Source: Nannocystales bacterium (lineage in GTDB: Bacteria > Myxococcota_A > Polyangia > Nannocystales > Nannocystaceae). From it: 64,000 bases of DNA. Made by a program: the position numbers and the translations under genes. Location of the stretch: NCBI GenBank assembly GCA_050633305.1, contig JBOEGF010000043.1:160001-224000 (forward strand). Reading direction: 5' to 3'. Below the pieces are notes generated by a model. That model ran no database searches and had not been told where the DNA came from. It saw nothing but the letters and a program-made list of their open reading frames with translations. Shown here piece by piece: positions 62,601-64,000 of the stretch. Position 1 is the stretch's first letter, and every line of letters starts with the position of its first letter.

Positions 62601-62789
62601 GGGTCGAATTGTGTCCAGCCCACACGCCTGCCCGAGCAGTTCACACAGCGTCTGCGGATCGCAGACCGCGAGCTCGAGGAGCACGGTGTCGAGGCTGCCG
62701 CCGTAGATCTGCTGCCGACGCAATGCGGCCTCGAGCCGGTCAGGCGCGAGGGCGGCAGTCTGCTCAAGGTAGCGCCGAAGGTGGCTCAC
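59694..62789 (-). CDS. Large protein: GspE/MshEN-like N-terminal domain, acidic Pro-rich linkers, GAF-like domain, C-terminal HEAT repeats (FrgA-like)
   Basis: LEAALRRQQIYGGSLDTVLLE, WAVPL..LVAV; DPDVRFYAA, AARAVGTLRDVQAIPKLI HEAT repeats. Confidence 0.65.
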   Translation of the reverse strand: MSHLRRYLEQTAALAPDRLEAALRRQQIYGGSLDTVLLELAVCDPQTLCELLGQACGLDTIRPELLEDQPRPWDVVPASLQDIGWAVPLGVSEDGSVLVAVHPDLPNERLGELYRAVPRVLPLVTPECGLEKVNAERVGSVVPQRYAVLFAAFMSALRLRPSVSDVGFPIVPVEAGPTEDTAVGKPVLAPPAEPPADPLDHSPDPDRVTRPYTETEAGTTPDSGEESTASDSESVSPIGAPDSETESDSDEAPRPPDVEPIAPEPTTPVAEVQADPGPDTAEPAAGLEPDPPDVAGDTPPRGSRDKITRPPSFGPPRTDSVPAPPVQTKAPPVRFTARGTMIATSDPLHRVFNSAQARRGIDAARSKLAEAVTRDEAVDALVSGALVLSDRVAVFRLRGSSLRGLTTPHPALAGVRGTDVPLEDGSSELLQHHRWVGTTGSGALADAIGSAEIPCTLHRVDVAGRPVLALYVDHEGREFLPAEANLLDELCKATASTLETIVLQQRSGPNPAVPPVRHPPSSAAAPEAEPETPPPATPTPLLFAPPPVRTAAPELQAADPNTDTGTDPEPDLDADLIPEPDLEPEAEEDGDESLPQQAAEPPTSQPQTEADTDTIRALHSLDDTQPPAKDPLTPPPAYGVTEPPGWSPPDAAVPELPDEPATSMHRTTQVDGSPAPHFLPPMPEQAAQPAAPRFVPPVLEEADDGGIIPLSSPIDQPTVRGRIVIDDDDFDDETGLPTPPEGDRAIEDVLRTLSREEGNLEDLRALGPAGLQALATRLPGPLEVLRRDLRALPAPSAHGPLVRAAIRLGPEFVPYVLEQFENTDPDVRFYAAFLFQELRDPRAMEALSHLAFDGSTDVRVIAMRVLETYSRYDGFEEATFVVRRELDSSHRTHQLYAARAVGTLRDVQAIPKLIGLLSNRDRFIQEAALESLCSITGQQHGLKPHRWKSWHQDQGVHHRVEWIIESLRHRDLPVRRWAHDELVRVTGHRVPFSPLGDRSSREVAYQAWLEWWQRHGQTRLRTRVNARPSPG

Positions 62790-63367
62790 GCGTCCCTCAC
62801 CACGTAGGTTTGGCCGAGATGATCATGCCAGCCGCGCTTCTCGGCATCGAGTGCGGTCCACAACCATCCGAGCAACCCAGCGCCCATCCCCGCCAGGTGG
62901 CAGAGCGCTCGAAGGAAAGCCCAGGGGGCGCGGGGGGGAAGGCCGCCTGCACCGACGACGCGCAGCCCGAGGACGCGACCGCCTGGTGTCCGGCCGGTGA
63001 TCGTCCAGAAGAGGGTCAAGTAGAACACTGACATCACCAAGAACGGGGCGATGTGTCGGAGCAGGTGTCCGAGTTCGAGATCGAGGATGGCAAACAACGT
63101 CGCGAGCCCGTGGGCGCCACCGAGCAACGGCGGGGCATCGACCAGGGCGAGCAACCCGGCGTTGAGGAGACCGGCGGTCAGCAGGAGCACGCCGAAGTCG
63201 AGGACTCCGGCCAGACTGCGGCGCATGAAGCCCGACACGCGGGCCGGAAGCAGCGCGGCGTCGCAATGCGGACACTGAGGAACCTCGTCCCGGTCCCGCG
63301 CGATCGCAGGGTCCAGTAGGCCGTCACAGTCCGGGCAATACGTCTTTCGAGCGCGCTTACGCGCCAT
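62786..63367 (-). CDS. RDD-family membrane protein with N-terminal zinc ribbon
   Basis: CPDC..CPHC; RRSLAGVLD, GRTPGGRVLGLRVV, RGWHDHLGQTYVV. Confidence 0.88.
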   Translation of the reverse strand: MARKRARKTYCPDCDGLLDPAIARDRDEVPQCPHCDAALLPARVSGFMRRSLAGVLDFGVLLLTAGLLNAGLLALVDAPPLLGGAHGLATLFAILDLELGHLLRHIAPFLVMSVFYLTLFWTITGRTPGGRVLGLRVVGAGGLPPRAPWAFLRALCHLAGMGAGLLGWLWTALDAEKRGWHDHLGQTYVVRDA

Positions 63368-63412
63368 CGCACGCAGAGTATCGCGACGCGGCCCAGGGGA
63401 ACATCCCCCCGA

Positions 63413-64000
63413 TCAAACGGATGAGATCGGGCCCGTGGTGGCGAGCGCGGCCACAACCGCGACCTCGGTGCGCAGGACGAACGGTCCGAGCGAGAGCGGG
63501 ACCAATCCTGCGGTGCGCGCCTGCGCCTCTTCCTCGGTTGTGAGGCCACCCTCGGGTCCGATCAGCACAGTGATCTCTCCTTGGGTAGGGGCTGGCTGGG
63601 AACCGGAGGCCAACGACGCGACGAACCCCTGCCGAGGCGTGGCCAGCCAGTCGGCCAGTGGCATCGGGTCGTGCAGGGTGAGGGGGTCCAGTCGGCCGCA
63701 CTGGCGGCGCGCAGCAGCCATCACCCGGTCGAGCCGAGCGGGGCTGAGCCGGCCCGGCTGGCTTCGGGCGGACTCGAGGAAGGTCAGGCTCCGCGCGCCG
63801 CACTCGACAGCTCTCGCGATGACGTCCTGGGCGGCCTTCGACTCCGGCTGTGCGACCGCGAGGTCGACTGGCCACGGCGGGCGGTCGGGGAGGCGCTCGA
63901 GCACCCGCACCCGGGCCTGCTTCGTGTCGGCGTGCTCGAGTTCCGCGCTCCACCCACCCGTCTCGGGATGGAGGACCTCCAGGGACGCACCGACCCGTAC
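63413..64000 (-). CDS. rsmE: 16S rRNA m3U1498 methyltransferase (5' end outside window)
   Basis: AVECG, AARRQCGR, IGPEGGL, SLGPFVLRTEVA; open frame to the window end. Confidence 0.9.
   Translation of the reverse strand, partial: VRVGASLEVLHPETGGWSAELEHADTKQARVRVLERLPDRPPWPVDLAVAQPESKAAQDVIARAVECGARSLTFLESARSQPGRLSPARLDRVMAAARRQCGRLDPLTLHDPMPLADWLATPRQGFVASLASGSQPAPTQGEITVLIGPEGGLTTEEEAQARTAGLVPLSLGPFVLRTEVAVVAALATTGPISSV

Overview
GC-rich bacterial chromosomal segment, almost fully coding (~56 CDS), most consistent with a myxobacterium (Myxococcota, possibly Nannocystaceae-like; inferred from a FrzS/AglZ-type pseudo-receiver, a FrgA-like protein and Thr/Gly/Asp-rich lipoproteins). It contains: an NAD salvage operon (NAPRTase-pncA-nrtR); a VWA protein + two-component system; uppP, hflX; a SigR-like ECF sigma/anti-sigma pair; purB; a cobalamin-riboswitch-controlled B12 uptake operon with two extra lipoproteins; rpoZ, biotin carboxylase, pyrG, rpoN and a permease-less regulatory PTS (hprK-rapZ-EIIA-ptsH-ptsI); a peptidase/TolB/Omp85 fusion next to a vitamin-K-dependent carboxylase-like gene; pdxB/serA; rsmD, aminotransferase, a degenerate CheB, yacG, ffh and rsmE. 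I saw no rRNA, tRNA, transposase, prophage or CRISPR-Cas. The most notable non-standard signals are (i) a ~370-bp element between rpoN and hprK with ~50-bp terminal inverted repeats, end hairpins and internal ~30-bp tandem repeats, (ii) B12-operon lipoproteins resembling Bacteroides BtuH/BtuG, (iii) the absence of kdsA-lptCAB between pyrG and rpoN, (iv) recurrent TANNNT boxes 6-10 nt before start codons, suggesting leaderless mRNAs. All calls come from reading motifs by eye; no database searches were run.
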